Below, piece by piece: positions 10,734-19,173 of a DNA stretch of 53,298 nt. The DNA is taken from contig DATFEP010000059.1 of assembly GCA_035250975.1 (NCBI GenBank), positions 1 to 53,298 of the forward strand, in the 5' to 3' direction. The notes under the pieces are model-generated. The model saw only the letters and a list, made by a program, of their open reading frames with translations, was not told the origin of the DNA and searched no databases. Position 1 is the first letter of the stretch; every line of letters starts with the position of its first letter. The stretch is from Nitrososphaeraceae archaeon. Its GTDB lineage: Archaea; Thermoproteota; Nitrososphaeria; Nitrososphaerales; Nitrososphaeraceae. A program made the translations under genes and the position numbers.

Positions 10734-11462
10734 TTTTCGTAATGTATCAAGAGCAATATTACCATTTGTACAAAGTCATTTTGCAGTTTGGGAGTGATAT
10801 AAAGGTTCAATCCCAAACAAATCTATCTGTGTAAAAGAACATATGCATTTCTTATAGATAAAATTTTTGTAGACATGTTATCATCTATGATGACATTAAT
10901 TATAACTTTTGCTTTGTTGGATACATGTAAAAGTCTTTTCCTGTTATCTATTCTCTTGTCCAACTAGCAAACCCCTTCTTATGCAAAACATGTCTTACTA
11001 CCGCAGGTCTTGCCTCTTGAATGGGTGATATGTGTTAGCTGCTGTATATGTAGGCCCCAGAGCTCTAATACAAGTTTGCGGCTTTGTCTGGCTGACTGGT
11101 TGGTTGGGTGTTTACTGCAGTAATATTATCATAACAAAAAGAAAGTGAAACGGGCAATAAAAATAGTAGAATCAAAAAATAAAGTGAAAATAATAGAATA
11201 GAGTTATGAGCAATCTAATACATACTCTTTACTTGTATATAGCCTGTAGTCTAAATTGTTTTTATTATCTATTTCCATTTACAATATGATGTTTAGTCAC
11301 AAATGGTGTCGAACCTTTCTCAAACCCACTTGCAAAAACCTCATTAGATTTTAATCCAGTAGCTGAAATGATAATCATACGAATTCCTTTCTTTTTATTG
11401 TCATCAAATATGTCTTAATACTTTTTTGCTGTCTTACCATGAAAAGATGAAGGATAATATTT

Positions 11463-12737
11463 TTATGAAGTTTCTAATACCATTAAAGGATTTGAAATTT
11501 TTAATGAACCATTTAACTGTAAATAAAAATATCCAATTCCAGCCAATCCCAACATTAAACTAGGAGTTTCTCCTCCTTTCCTTATACCGCACGGCCATGG
11601 CAAACCCTTACTTACATATTTTTCAATTCCATAAAGTCCCACTTTCTCGGCCACCGATTTATATGCGCCATCTTTAAAGATACTATCTGCATAGAGTAAT
11701 GTTTCAGATATGCCCGATAAACCATGACACAAGGAAAAATCTATAAAATTGGGATTACTATTGCTATTTAATATTTGTTCTAGGTTCATAACTGATGTTT
11801 TTAAAGCAGCCTGAGAATCAACAAGATACTTTGTATCCTTTATCAAATCATATGCTCTTATGCGCGAAAGACCAATACCAGGTGCACCATGACACCAGGC
11901 GACAGCATAAGATAATTCCGACTTATTTGCAGCACCCTGACCATCTGAACGAAAATCAGGCCAATTGTTATTTTGTTCACTAAACCAATGATTTTCGTAT
12001 GAGAATGCATTATTAACGGCCTCAAGATATTTTGTATCTTTAGTAATATTGAATAATTCTAAGAGTGAATACCCAATCCCGGCTGCACCATGAGAAAATC
12101 CTGCTAGATTGTGGGAACATAATTTTACACCATTTGCTCTATAGTCCCATGACCATCCGTACGAATCTTTGGTTGCAGTTTCTATTAATTCATCTCCAAG
12201 CAGTACAGATAAATTCAGTATCTTCTCATCTTTATAGAAATCGTACAAATTAAGAAGAGCAGGAATACCACTTGCATTTCCTGATATAAAATCCATAAGG
12301 TGTTCCTTTTCAAAGTTGTCTTGTAACTCTCTTAAAATATCTAATGCTTTTTCAATGAAGATATTTCTATCGAGATTGTTTCCAATTTGTGTGCATACAT
12401 ATGCTATACCCAATTTTCCAGTAAAGACACTAAATCTAGAAGTACTAGATAACTCATTTACTTTTGATAATGCATGAATAATTGCACCTTCTGTAGTTTC
12501 TCGATAATCATCATTTTTTGTATAACGATAAAGTGTCGACAAGAAAAAAGCGATTCCAGCCGTACCATCATAAACATTGCAGCCAAGTGATTTGAGGTAT
12601 ATACTATGAACCATAGGTGCAATCTCTTGTATGGCCTTTCCAATCCAATTACATCTTTTTTCATGCCAAAAGGCAGTTTTACAAAGATGTATTCCGATTT
12701 TTTCAGCAGTATCTAAAAATATGTTATCGTAATTCAT
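11463..12737 (-). CDS. lanC: Lanthionine synthetase C-like cyclase (stand-alone LanC)
   Basis: Repeated GxxG motifs (YDGTAGI, FTGKLGI, ISGNASGI), GFSHGAAGIG (catalytic His), WCHGAPGIG and LCHGLSGI (Cys/Cys/His zinc ligands), LMLGLAGIG. ATG at 12737 lies 1 nt after the upstream stop (TAAAATG). Confidence 0.92.
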   Translation of the reverse strand: MNYDNIFLDTAEKIGIHLCKTAFWHEKRCNWIGKAIQEIAPMVHSIYLKSLGCNVYDGTAGIAFFLSTLYRYTKNDDYRETTEGAIIHALSKVNELSSTSRFSVFTGKLGIAYVCTQIGNNLDRNIFIEKALDILRELQDNFEKEHLMDFISGNASGIPALLNLYDFYKDEKILNLSVLLGDELIETATKDSYGWSWDYRANGVKLCSHNLAGFSHGAAGIGYSLLELFNITKDTKYLEAVNNAFSYENHWFSEQNNNWPDFRSDGQGAANKSELSYAVAWCHGAPGIGLSRIRAYDLIKDTKYLVDSQAALKTSVMNLEQILNSNSNPNFIDFSLCHGLSGISETLLYADSIFKDGAYKSVAEKVGLYGIEKYVSKGLPWPCGIRKGGETPSLMLGLAGIGYFYLQLNGSLKISNPLMVLETS

Positions 12738-12738
12738 T

Positions 12739-13797
12739 TTACTTACCAAAAACTGCATGTAAACTTTCATAATCATCTTTGGAATCCATATTTTTCAAAT
12801 ATGGCTTGTTAAAGTCGACATATTGAGTTTTAAAATACTTTTCCACTTGCTTAAATTTTTCTTCAGATGCAAAAACATTTTTTATATAAATATCGTATAT
12901 AGATTCTGCAAAAATTCTACATCGATTCTGTCCAAAACTCTCACTATTACTTGGATCTTCTGCTAACGATATTCCAGATGCAAGTTTCTTTGCAAAAAGA
13001 GGCACACTTGGTTTCAAGAATGATTTGATATTGTCATAAATTACCGAAAGTGATTTGCTCGCTTTTTTAACATCATTTTTATCTATATATAATACACCAG
13101 CATCCGCACGTGTATAAAGGTTCTCATCTTTTAAAATTTTAAATTGAAAAGGAATATTTTTGTTGTTTAGTTCGGTTGTTAAATACTTTACTAATGACAC
13201 AGCACCATCTGATGTTATATTCCAATATATCCTCACAACAAGAGACTCATAATTCATAGATATGTTACCATTAGCCATATAAAAACCGGGAAGTAATTCT
13301 CTGTATTCTTTTACCATAGCAGCATACCCTTTATCTCCCACACAGATTTGTTTACTATTTTGGGTTGCAAATTGATAAGGCATTACCCAAATTATTAGAT
13401 CATTTTTTTTAATTGCAATTTTACCATTCTTTTCCATCTTATGCACTATCCATCCTGGCTCCCAGGTCCCTATACCAGTATTTGCTTTAGAAAGTAATTC
13501 TATAAAATTTTCATCTCGATTTCCGTCATAAAAATTATTTCTATATGTTGACATCTGATCATCAAAAAATGTTTGGCGGCAATGAATTAGTTGATATAAA
13601 TAATTTCCAAGATGTGTGATTAAATTATTTTTCAAGTTTTTATTACTTTGATGCAAATTTTCTTCAGTAGTTTTTGATGTCTCATAAATTCGATCATTGA
13701 AAACAAATGAAGTATCGGATTTGATTTTAATATTCTTCAAAAGAAGTTCTATTTCTTTCACATAAGAAATCTGATTTTGAGGCATGAGTCTTCCCAT
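12739..13797 (-). CDS. HopA1-like protein, putative phosphoSer/Thr lyase (LanY-like)
   Basis: VRIYWNI, FQFKIL, YTRADAGVLY, PLFAKKLASGISLAEDP and ESFGQNRC match HopA1-family motifs; the start overlaps the kinase stop (TAATG at 13799-13795). Confidence 0.82.
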   Translation of the reverse strand: MGRLMPQNQISYVKEIELLLKNIKIKSDTSFVFNDRIYETSKTTEENLHQSNKNLKNNLITHLGNYLYQLIHCRQTFFDDQMSTYRNNFYDGNRDENFIELLSKANTGIGTWEPGWIVHKMEKNGKIAIKKNDLIIWVMPYQFATQNSKQICVGDKGYAAMVKEYRELLPGFYMANGNISMNYESLVVRIYWNITSDGAVSLVKYLTTELNNKNIPFQFKILKDENLYTRADAGVLYIDKNDVKKASKSLSVIYDNIKSFLKPSVPLFAKKLASGISLAEDPSNSESFGQNRCRIFAESIYDIYIKNVFASEEKFKQVEKYFKTQYVDFNKPYLKNMDSKDDYESLHAVFGK

Positions 13798-14939
13798 TAA
13801 AGCACAAGTTTAAAGGGAATTCCAAGTAAATGAATCGTAGCATTGTTGACGTTTAAAAATATGTTTAAGGCAATTTGTATCATATATACAGCTATATTAT
13901 TTAGTTCAGTTTGTGAATGCAGCATTTCGTAAGCACTTTGTATTAATCTTGCTGCGCAAAATTTTGTGGATTTTATTAACAAGTCATTAGTCTCTTTCGG
14001 ATTTCTTTGAATCACACGAATATATTCATTCCAAAAAATTCTCAATGCTGATTGCATGTTTTGTAAAGAATTCTTCGATAGATCTAATAATTTGTGAGGT
14101 GTTTCAGTTCCCGTTAACGGTAGAGTGTATAACCAGCATCTGATGAATTCTTGAAAGATTGATCCAATGTCCCATCCCGGGTCTCCGATACTTGCCATTT
14201 CCCAATCCGTGATTATATTTTCTTTTCTATTGTTCTTTAAATTGACTATAATATTGTCAAACTTTATGTCCCCATGAATCAAAGTTTTTGGATCCCAATT
14301 TGCAAAAAGCTCTTGAAGATTATCGTATATTTTTGGATCTTGTTGGACAATTTTTAATAGTTTCATATTTGCTTGACTAAGATTCACAAAAACTTCTGGT
14401 CCAGGATGAATTAACAGTTTTTCGAAGGTGAATGTTTTTGGTAAAAAATTTAATTTCTTATTTGTTATACACATTTTTTCAAAAACTTGATGATAAGTTG
14501 CGATTTTATTTCCTAAGGATGTTACTATGTCCTTATCAATTTTCATAGCTGGTTCTGTAAATATATATTGATTCCATGAATCTCCGGGCACAAATTCTGT
14601 CACCATTATATTATTATTTTCATCAAAATCACGTATTTTGGGTGCGATATGTGATATAGGACCAAATTCAGTTTCAGTTTGCATCATTGCATAAAGTAGC
14701 GATTCTCTTTTTATTGTAACACTGCTATGATTATCAGAAGGATTGGATTGTTTTAGAAAAAGATTCCAACCCGATTTGCTTAAGATTTTAATATTTTTAT
14801 TTTTTCTCGAAATGTCAAATATTTGCAAATCTCCATCAACAATTGATTCAACCTCTATTAACCCTTTATCTAAAAGATAATCAACTATATTATCCATGCC
14901 TATGATATGAATTCTAGCATCATTAGAAGCAATATTCAT
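13797..14939 (-). CDS. Aminoglycoside-phosphotransferase-fold kinase, putative peptide Ser/Thr kinase (LanK-like)
   Basis: LFLKQ (catalytic Lys), LIHGDIKFDNII (HGDxxxxN), ITDWEMASIGDPGWDIG. ATG at 14939 is 23-29 nt downstream of a TATA-like box. Confidence 0.88.
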   Translation of the reverse strand: MNIASNDARIHIIGMDNIVDYLLDKGLIEVESIVDGDLQIFDISRKNKNIKILSKSGWNLFLKQSNPSDNHSSVTIKRESLLYAMMQTETEFGPISHIAPKIRDFDENNNIMVTEFVPGDSWNQYIFTEPAMKIDKDIVTSLGNKIATYHQVFEKMCITNKKLNFLPKTFTFEKLLIHPGPEVFVNLSQANMKLLKIVQQDPKIYDNLQELFANWDPKTLIHGDIKFDNIIVNLKNNRKENIITDWEMASIGDPGWDIGSIFQEFIRCWLYTLPLTGTETPHKLLDLSKNSLQNMQSALRIFWNEYIRVIQRNPKETNDLLIKSTKFCAARLIQSAYEMLHSQTELNNIAVYMIQIALNIFLNVNNATIHLLGIPFKLVL

Positions 14940-14961
14940 GTTATAACACAAACTTTAATCG

Positions 14962-14968
14962 CAATATT
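14962..14968 (-). promoter_or_regulatory. Putative TATA box for the kinase-lyase-lanC transcript
   Basis: TTTAAAA on the minus strand 23-29 nt before ATG 14939 (leaderless archaeal spacing). Confidence 0.5.
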
Positions 14969-14984
14969 CACTTTTAAATAATCC

Positions 14985-14996
14985 AAAAAAAAGAAA
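14985..14996 (-). terminator. Putative oligo-T terminator after the precursor gene
   Basis: Minus strand reads TTTCTTTTTTTT about 45 nt after the precursor stop. Confidence 0.45.
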
Positions 14997-15038
14997 TGGT
15001 GTCATCGTAGTACGAATGAAATAACAATTATATCGAAT

Positions 15039-15821
15039 TTATTCTGCTTTCTCTTCCTCTAGTTTCTTTATTTTCTGTTTCAGTTTTTCCATCTGAGACC
15101 TTAGTTGCGTTATCGGATCAGTTCCTAAATCTGTTTCGACAGGACACTTTGGAGTAGTAGGGGGACAGTTGGCTTGGATAGTACAAATAATAATTGGTGT
15201 TGGACAGAATGGATTATTTCTTGATGGGCATTGTGGAGTTTCAGGTGGACATCGTGCTGTGACAGGACACTTTGGAGTAGTAGGGGGACAGTTGGCTTGG
15301 ATAGTACAAATAACAATTTGTGATGGACAGAATGGATCATATCTTGTTGGGCATTGTGGAGTGCATTGTGGAGTACAAATGACTGATGCGTGGTCGTCCG
15401 TCGGACAATATATTAGAGTTACTGGTATTAGTCCACGTTCAATAGCTTTTGAAACATATTCTGGGCTTAACTGCGCTCTTGCAATTTCTCCTTCCATAAA
15501 CCTCGCCTGTTGTTTTTCAGAATCTATCTTTACTTTGGTCAGTTCAGCATCCTTTCTTACCCAAATACAAGTCCCACCAAATTCTAATTCTTCTTCTGAT
15601 AGTTCTTCTGCATGTAATATGTCGTTCTTTTTGACCTGTATATACTCATTAAATTGTTTATTTAGATATAATCGTACCACTTCATCGGAGTCTGATTTGC
15701 CTACATATCCTTTAATACATAAATAGTCTACGGGCTGTCCATCTTTTACTAATTTTTTTGATAACTCATGTTCTCGCAAAGGATCTTTATCTGATGGTTT
15801 TTGATCCTTGTTTGTCGACAT
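15039..15821 (-). CDS. Putative RiPP (lanthipeptide-like) precursor: about 130-aa leader, Cys/Thr/Pro-rich repetitive core, coiled-coil tail
   Basis: aa 135-228 contain 14 Cys and 17 Ser/Thr in (S/T)x2-5C units; lies directly upstream of kinase, lyase and LanC on the same strand. Confidence 0.8.
   Translation of the reverse strand: MSTNKDQKPSDKDPLREHELSKKLVKDGQPVDYLCIKGYVGKSDSDEVVRLYLNKQFNEYIQVKKNDILHAEELSEEELEFGGTCIWVRKDAELTKVKIDSEKQQARFMEGEIARAQLSPEYVSKAIERGLIPVTLIYCPTDDHASVICTPQCTPQCPTRYDPFCPSQIVICTIQANCPPTTPKCPVTARCPPETPQCPSRNNPFCPTPIIICTIQANCPPTTPKCPVETDLGTDPITQLRSQMEKLKQKIKKLEEEKAE
15138..15362 (-). repeat. Intragenic duplication in the precursor core (123-bp period)
   Basis: aa 154-187 and aa 195-228 are near-identical; 53 bp are identical at 15138-15190 and 15261-15313. 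Confidence 0.95.
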
Positions 15822-15841
15822 TATATTTTAATGCAACCAGC

Positions 15842-15850
15842 TATTTAAAA
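15842..15850 (-). promoter_or_regulatory. Putative TATA box of the precursor gene
   Basis: TTTTAAATA on the minus strand 21-29 nt upstream of ATG 15821. Confidence 0.55.
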
Positions 15851-15927
15851 GGATATTGATTGTAATATATTGATCATTACCATGTAGGTTTGCTCTTTAT
15901 ACGTATGACGTAATCTATTTCTAATTT

Positions 15928-15950
15928 TTTGAAATATCAGATATTTCAAA
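15928..15950. promoter_or_regulatory. Perfect 11-bp inverted repeat with 1-nt spacer, candidate operator
   Basis: TTTGAAATATC-A-GATATTTCAAA, about 80 nt upstream of the precursor TATA box. Confidence 0.4.
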
Positions 15951-16479
15951 CAATAATTTAATTGCTTTAAGATATTTAATTAGAGTTTTACCAGAAAAAT
16001 CTTTTTTTATCTAGTATTTATCAATAAAACAATTTTAAAATGTTTTAAATGTCCAATTTCATTGATTTTTTTTTCATTAGTATGTTAAATATTGTTCTAT
16101 TCTGTCCCGACTTATTTTTAAAAAGTCAAAAAAACATTTCAGACTTTTACTTTATTTCTAAGTGGCAGGAGACTACATAGTATACAAAATCAAAGATATA
16201 AGCGACATTATTCAGATTATTATTTACTTGAAAATCATGAATGTACTATTATCATTTTTCATTTTTTATTACAAGTCAGCTAAATGATTTTTCATTCTTC
16301 AGTTTAATTATTTTTATATTCTAAAATGTTACCACAAACTATAAAAATTTACACTTAACCACATTAAAGTAGTTTTGTTGATAAATAATTATTTTTTTAA
16401 ATAATATTAAATCATTAATAAAGTTTTAAATGTATAAAAATTAATTCTAATTTTCTATTTTATGGCAAGAACAAACAAG

Positions 16480-16600
16480 TGACTTGTTATTGTATTGTTA
16501 TACATAAAAACAAATATTTGTATTCAGTTATGTACATGAAATAAATTACATTTATCTTGTATACATGGATAGTAGTCATGAAAGCTTTAGATTCTGATTT
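16480..16600 (-). mobile_element. IS6-family transposase 3' fragment
   Basis: Minus strand reads SFHDYYPCIQDKCNLFHVHN*IQIFVFMYNNTI, matching the C-terminus of the 25870-26215 copy. Confidence 0.7.
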
Positions 16601-17145
16601 AGATTCGTTAAATTTTCAAAATTTATTAAATAAAAATTCGTTGAATAGTCTCTTCAAGTTATTCCCCCAATTGGGGGCATGCTTCATCTTCATCTTCAAG
16701 TTGGTCAAATTTTTTTATTCGTAAATAAATAAATACGGTGCAGAAAACCTAAATAAATTTATTTTTTTTAGAGGAGTAATTCGGTTTAACACATGGTAAA
16801 TAGAATTTCATTATTTTGTTTTAGCTTAGAAAGGGTATGTATGTTCCATGGTGAGAGTCAAACACAAGAGAAAAGATGGTTATTGGTTGTATTACCATCC
16901 AGCATATACTCTATCTAGAACGTGATACGGTCATTGGAAATATAGATTATGATGTTAAGGAAAATCCTACTATATGTTCAAAGAATGTCAGGAACAGCAG
17001 CGGCAGAGAAAGAAAATCAGTTTATTCAATGGAGAAATTCGATTGTCCCTGTATTTTGATGGTTTTATTTGGTTTGACCTACCGTGATATGAGGAATACA
17101 GTATCATCATGATCGACTGTTCTTAATCATTTAATTTTTATTTAG

Positions 17146-18051
17146 TCAGTTAGGTGCGCTAATTTTTATAAAATTTTTAAAATCATATTCTTCACTATTT
17201 CCGTTATTTGTAATATATAATACATGATTTTCAGGAGAAAAATTATCTATTCCTGTTATATCCAATTCGGTTTCAAATTTTTTTAGTACAGATAAAATAA
17301 CTTGATAGTCTATTCTAGTCATATCTCGAATTGTTGCACCTTCGCCAACGGTAGTACCTTGAGGAGAATAAATAGCGCCACCAACCATCCCAGGACCAAA
17401 GGATTTTCCTGGTGCTCCCAAATTTAATAATACTCCGCCTGACATGTACAAACCTGAATTATATCCTGCGCCAAACGTTACCAAGCTCCCTCCTCTAGCT
17501 TGACCCATAGCTCTTTCCATACATCCCTTTCTGACCAGAATATCAACACCATCACTATCTTCTCTCGCCTGATTGTTCTGTCCTGCTAGCTCTGTAGCAA
17601 AACCATCAACAACAATTTTACCAGCATAACCCTTATCAGCCAATCCATTTTCAGAATGACCTTGTACTGTCCACGTTCCATCAAAATTACAACCAGCTGC
17701 AAAAAAATTTCCAACGCTCCCCTCGACAATTAAATCTAGTTTTATTGGTTCTCTGAAACTGAGAATTCCAATTCTATAAAGTGCTTTAGGATTTTTTATA
17801 GTAATTTTATTTTCGCCTTCGATTATTTTCCGTTTTAGAATAGAATTTACTGCTCTTTCGTATACCAATGGCGAACTTATAATATCCTTAAACTTTTCTA
17901 AAGACGCCTTCTTTAGTCCTTTAGGGAGATCTATTCTATATTTTTTATATAACATAAGATTTAGCCGTTCAAATTGTTCATCTGGATTTGATGTCTTAGA
18001 CCCTATAGAGTCCGCAATGGATCTTATTTCATCAATATCTAGAATATACAA
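17146..18051 (-). CDS. Glutamate synthase GXGXG beta-helix domain subunit (GltB3-like)
   Basis: Gly-rich repeats VEGSVGNFFAAG, GQARGG, AGYNSGLYMSGG and FGPGMVGGAIY; lies downstream of the other gltB pieces. Confidence 0.8.
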   Translation of the reverse strand: MYILDIDEIRSIADSIGSKTSNPDEQFERLNLMLYKKYRIDLPKGLKKASLEKFKDIISSPLVYERAVNSILKRKIIEGENKITIKNPKALYRIGILSFREPIKLDLIVEGSVGNFFAAGCNFDGTWTVQGHSENGLADKGYAGKIVVDGFATELAGQNNQAREDSDGVDILVRKGCMERAMGQARGGSLVTFGAGYNSGLYMSGGVLLNLGAPGKSFGPGMVGGAIYSPQGTTVGEGATIRDMTRIDYQVILSVLKKFETELDITGIDNFSPENHVLYITNNGNSEEYDFKNFIKISAPN

Positions 18052-18264
18052 TATATTTTATCTCGAATATTTAGCAAGGTTACTGATATATCTTTTATTC
18101 TATTAACACAAAATGATAAAGTCGTATATGCACACATTTTTAAAAAGTGTAGAAAATTGATATTTTTTATTCATCATAAATAAATCAAAATAGATTTTAA
18201 AAGAGCATCAATATTTTATTAATAATTTAATTAAAAATTTGAATTTGAAAAATAAATTATTGAT

Positions 18265-19170
18265 TTAATTAGCAATAGATCTGATTTTCATCTGGTTGTA
18301 AAATATTTTTGGTTTTCCAGGTTGCGGAGTTTCTACGTAATATGTTGCTCCCACAGAATCCAAAGCAGATAAATCAGTCGCCATCGCCCAGAAAGATGGA
18401 TAGTCTTTACTGCCTGGATTATATCCGAAAATAGCTTTTCTTGCTCCAAATTTGTCTCTAACCAAGGCAAGAGAATCCGGTGTAGCAACTATATATGTAA
18501 AAGGGCCATCTGCTTTCTTTATAAATTCATAATTTGCCTTTTCTATATTGCCATGTCTCAAAATTTGATCTGCAATAAATACAGCAATGACCTCCGAGTC
18601 ACATCTAGTAAAGAAACGATATCCTTTAAGCTCAAGTGAAGATCTTAATCTGGAATAATTTGTTATTTCCCCATTATGTACCACAGCAATATCAGGCATC
18701 ACTGTAGTACTGAATGGATGTGCATGGTCTGGAGTGACTCTACTGCTTGTGGCTATCCTCAAATGACCTATCCCATGTGTTCCCTGAATTGACTTGATGT
18801 CATATTTTGAATCAAGATCTCTTACGAGTCCCACATCTTTTAAAAGGTTCATATCTTTTGCAAAACTTGCTATTACGGCTTTGGGATCTTGATTTAATTC
18901 ATGCAAAGTTTCAGCTAATCTCTCGCTAGGTACTTTTTGTGTAAAGAGATTGAATATACTGTCATTATGTCTCACAGGGAACTTTGTCCCTGTAATTTTT
19001 CTATAGTAATCTATTCTGTAATACTCTTTGTTTGTTTCTTTATTGAAGATGGCTACACCTGTACTATCCTGAGCTCTTATCTGCTGGCTCTCCATCATTT
19101 TATATAGAAGACAGCCAATAGGAAAATCATTTTTGCAATTTTCCAACATAACGGCACATATTCCACACAT
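18265..19170 (-). CDS. Class II glutamine amidotransferase, glutamate synthase domain 1 (GltB1-like)
   Basis: N-terminal MCGI (Ntn nucleophile Cys), GIGHLRIAT, HAHPF, VHNGEITNY, CDSEV. Confidence 0.88.
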   Translation of the reverse strand: MCGICAVMLENCKNDFPIGCLLYKMMESQQIRAQDSTGVAIFNKETNKEYYRIDYYRKITGTKFPVRHNDSIFNLFTQKVPSERLAETLHELNQDPKAVIASFAKDMNLLKDVGLVRDLDSKYDIKSIQGTHGIGHLRIATSSRVTPDHAHPFSTTVMPDIAVVHNGEITNYSRLRSSLELKGYRFFTRCDSEVIAVFIADQILRHGNIEKANYEFIKKADGPFTYIVATPDSLALVRDKFGARKAIFGYNPGSKDYPSFWAMATDLSALDSVGATYYVETPQPGKPKIFYNQMKIRSIAN

Positions 19171-19173
19171 ATT

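Noticed and set aside
11463-14951. Reading the cluster as a fragmented lanM/lanL, an antibiotic-resistance APH or a type III secretion effector locus
   Set aside because: The three ORFs are intact and tightly coupled with their own starts; the lyase is HopA1-like rather than a LanM or OspF-type domain; no T3SS genes are present and the host appears archaeal.
15169-15726. 185-aa plus-strand ORF with repeats (and 15125..15340 in another minus-strand frame)
   Set aside because: Shadows of the repetitive precursor gene, which has the promoter, the operon context and the meaningful Cys/Thr pattern.
16664-16677. Palindrome CCCCCAATTGGGGG
   Set aside because: Single copy beside an IS remnant with no associated gene start; nothing further supports a function.
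16876-17112. 78-aa ORF converging on the gltB3-like gene
   Set aside because: No recognisable motif; lies in decayed intergenic DNA and is probably spurious or a remnant.
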